A stretch of DNA of 63,809 bases, the filler included, from Basidiobolus ranarum (Eukaryota): NCBI GenBank assembly GCA_040143965.1. It is 37 parts of 37 records of this genome, joined end to end, with 100 filler letters (N's around TTAATTAATTAA, not from the genome) between each part and the next. Parts side by side here need not be neighbours in the genome. Positions count along the whole stretch, not along the records: positions 62,191 to 63,809 come from JASJQH010004696.1; 36 more parts are not named here. The stretch is one strand, 5' to 3'. The notes below the pieces were generated by a model that was not told the DNA's origin, did not search any database, and was given only the letters and a program-made list of their open reading frames with translations. The position numbers and the translations under genes are program-made. The first letter of the stretch is position 1, and each line of letters opens with the position of its first letter. Positions 62,191-63,809 of the stretch are shown piece after piece.

Positions 62191-62811
62191 TATGGGGTCA
62201 TACACAAATCTTTGTACTCTGGGGCGTACTTCAGTTGTGTCCTTAATAGGTGATCCTTTTATGTCAATGTCATCAACAAATACAGCTAACTTGTCTGGGA
62301 TGAACTTGTAGAGGATATTGACCATCACCTATTGAAACTGTGCAACAGAGTTGGCTCTGCCTTGGCCAAGTCTTGTCATTCTTAGTAGCCCACAGAGAGT
62401 CTGTAGTCCAAACATATCTTTTGAGGTTTCATCAATAGGTATTTGGTCATATCCTGAGTATAGATCATAGGTTGAATATATGGAAGCTACTGCAAAGCTC
62501 TCTGCCAACTCATCAATCAAAGGAGGTACAGCAGCCTCCCTGATTGTTACTGCATTGGCTGGCTGCATGTCTTGTATGAATCTCAGTTGGCCATTCTTCT
62601 TTGTTGTGACAAACCAGTGGTTGGCATAAGGTCCCAAGCAATGTTCTAGGATTCCAGCTTTAATTTTACTCTTAAGAAGTGTATGCACATCTGGTTGCAG
62701 GCCTCTTGGTAATGGGCAAGGTTTATAAGACCATGGTGTGTGCTCTATGGTGTGACTATTTATTGGTTTCTCAACTGAGGGCAATAGTAGTCCCATTTCT
62801 TGGTCATTGTA
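62191..62811 (-). pseudogene. Ty3/gypsy Ylt1-like RT
   Basis: KKNGQLRFIQD, DLYSGYDQ, LGQGRANS and FVDD motifs. Confidence 0.88.
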
Positions 62812-63809
62812 CCCTAACAAAAATAAAATTGATTTGATCCAGATTGGATCCACCCTCCAAAATAGCAAAACTATCAGAGAACCATCACAATATTGGTGGT
62901 TTGCATTCTACCAGGGATTTTGATGGTGTGACCGCAGTTCCTTAATGTTATTTTATTGCTATTCATACATGTTGAAAGATTGATACTCATATATGGCATG
63001 CGTTATTCAATATCCGGCAATTTTTGCAAAAATATAATTGTCAAATGGCAAATTACTGGGTTTACTGCTGTAGGAATTTGAATTGATATGCATGTCTTTA
63101 TTTAGATATTTTAGGTTTGTATTCCAGCCATAATCAGAATCAAAAAATACAAGAATCTCATTGTGTTTAGTCTCTACATATGCACATACTTGACTGATTA
63201 GACTTAACTCAACAACATTAATATGCTTTACCAGCAAACTAATGGTGGAAAAATTGTTAACCATCTGAAACTTTGAATAGCACTGACACTTGGCAAATAG
63301 CTGACTCTTGTTACAATTCACAATGAGAATAAGCTCTTGGATTTTGGCAAATTTCCATAAAGAATTTAGCCAATATATCCCCAACTTGAAGTCAACAAAT
63401 GTCCTGCCACAAGTAGGTGGGTCATTGTTTGAATAGATTACCCCATGGCTGAAGCAACAATACTGCATATCTCCATCTATCTCACCTAGAAGTCTGTTGT
63501 GCAGCTTTCCTAAAAATACTTTCAGATTATCACACAAACAAATTAGTCAAATTATTGAGGTACTTACTCTGTGTCCATGGATTGGGCTTTGTTGCTGTTA
63601 TTGTATTCAAACAATGCAAAAACCTATGAGCATGTTGAAAATAGCCCTTTGTTGGCAGGATTATATACTCTGGAGTCTCCTTAACCCATTGCATTACATC
63701 CATCACTGATATTGCTTATACTTTGTTATTCAGATTAGCTTTCAGTAATACTGTTGATTTCAGATGGGGGATTATTTCACTAAAGTTGAGATCGATTGGG
63801 ATGTGCCAG
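62812..63809 (-). mobile_element. CACTA transposase C-terminal region and right TIR (CCCTAACAAAAAT) inserted into the gypsy RT
   Basis: TIR sits at the junction. Contains ORF 63007-63537. Confidence 0.8.

Overview
This is not a contiguous locus. It is 37 unlinked contigs of about 1.62-1.64 kb, sorted by decreasing length and joined by 36 artificial 100-bp spacers (N44-TTAATTAATTAA-N44), so nothing can be inferred across a spacer. The DNA is AT-rich and eukaryotic with short GT-AG introns, and the gene content looks fungal, probably an early-diverging fungus (inference). Most contigs are decayed, nested, CpG-depleted transposons: several Ty1/copia families (one with a half-tRNA-iMet PBS), chromoviral and Ylt1-like Ty3/gypsy elements, many LTR fragments, a CACTA/CMC family (TIR CCCTAACARAAAT) with a divergent second ORF, and a PHIS (Harbinger/ISL2EU-like) family with AWT flanks. 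Host-gene fragments keep their CpGs: a DYRK/HIPK-like kinase, an ENA-type P-type ATPase, tandem Ppn2/ApaH-like metallophosphoesterases, decayed secreted Cys-rich proteins and an intronless DUF3472-like protein (horizontal-transfer candidate). The best novelty leads are a complete tRNA-like cloverleaf inside a ~270-bp LTR-like insertion (12416-12686), the DUF3472-like gene, a 28-codon repeat family found on two contigs, and a head-to-tail LTR array with GGTTAGGG-like junctions. All family assignments come from motif recognition by eye; no searches were run.
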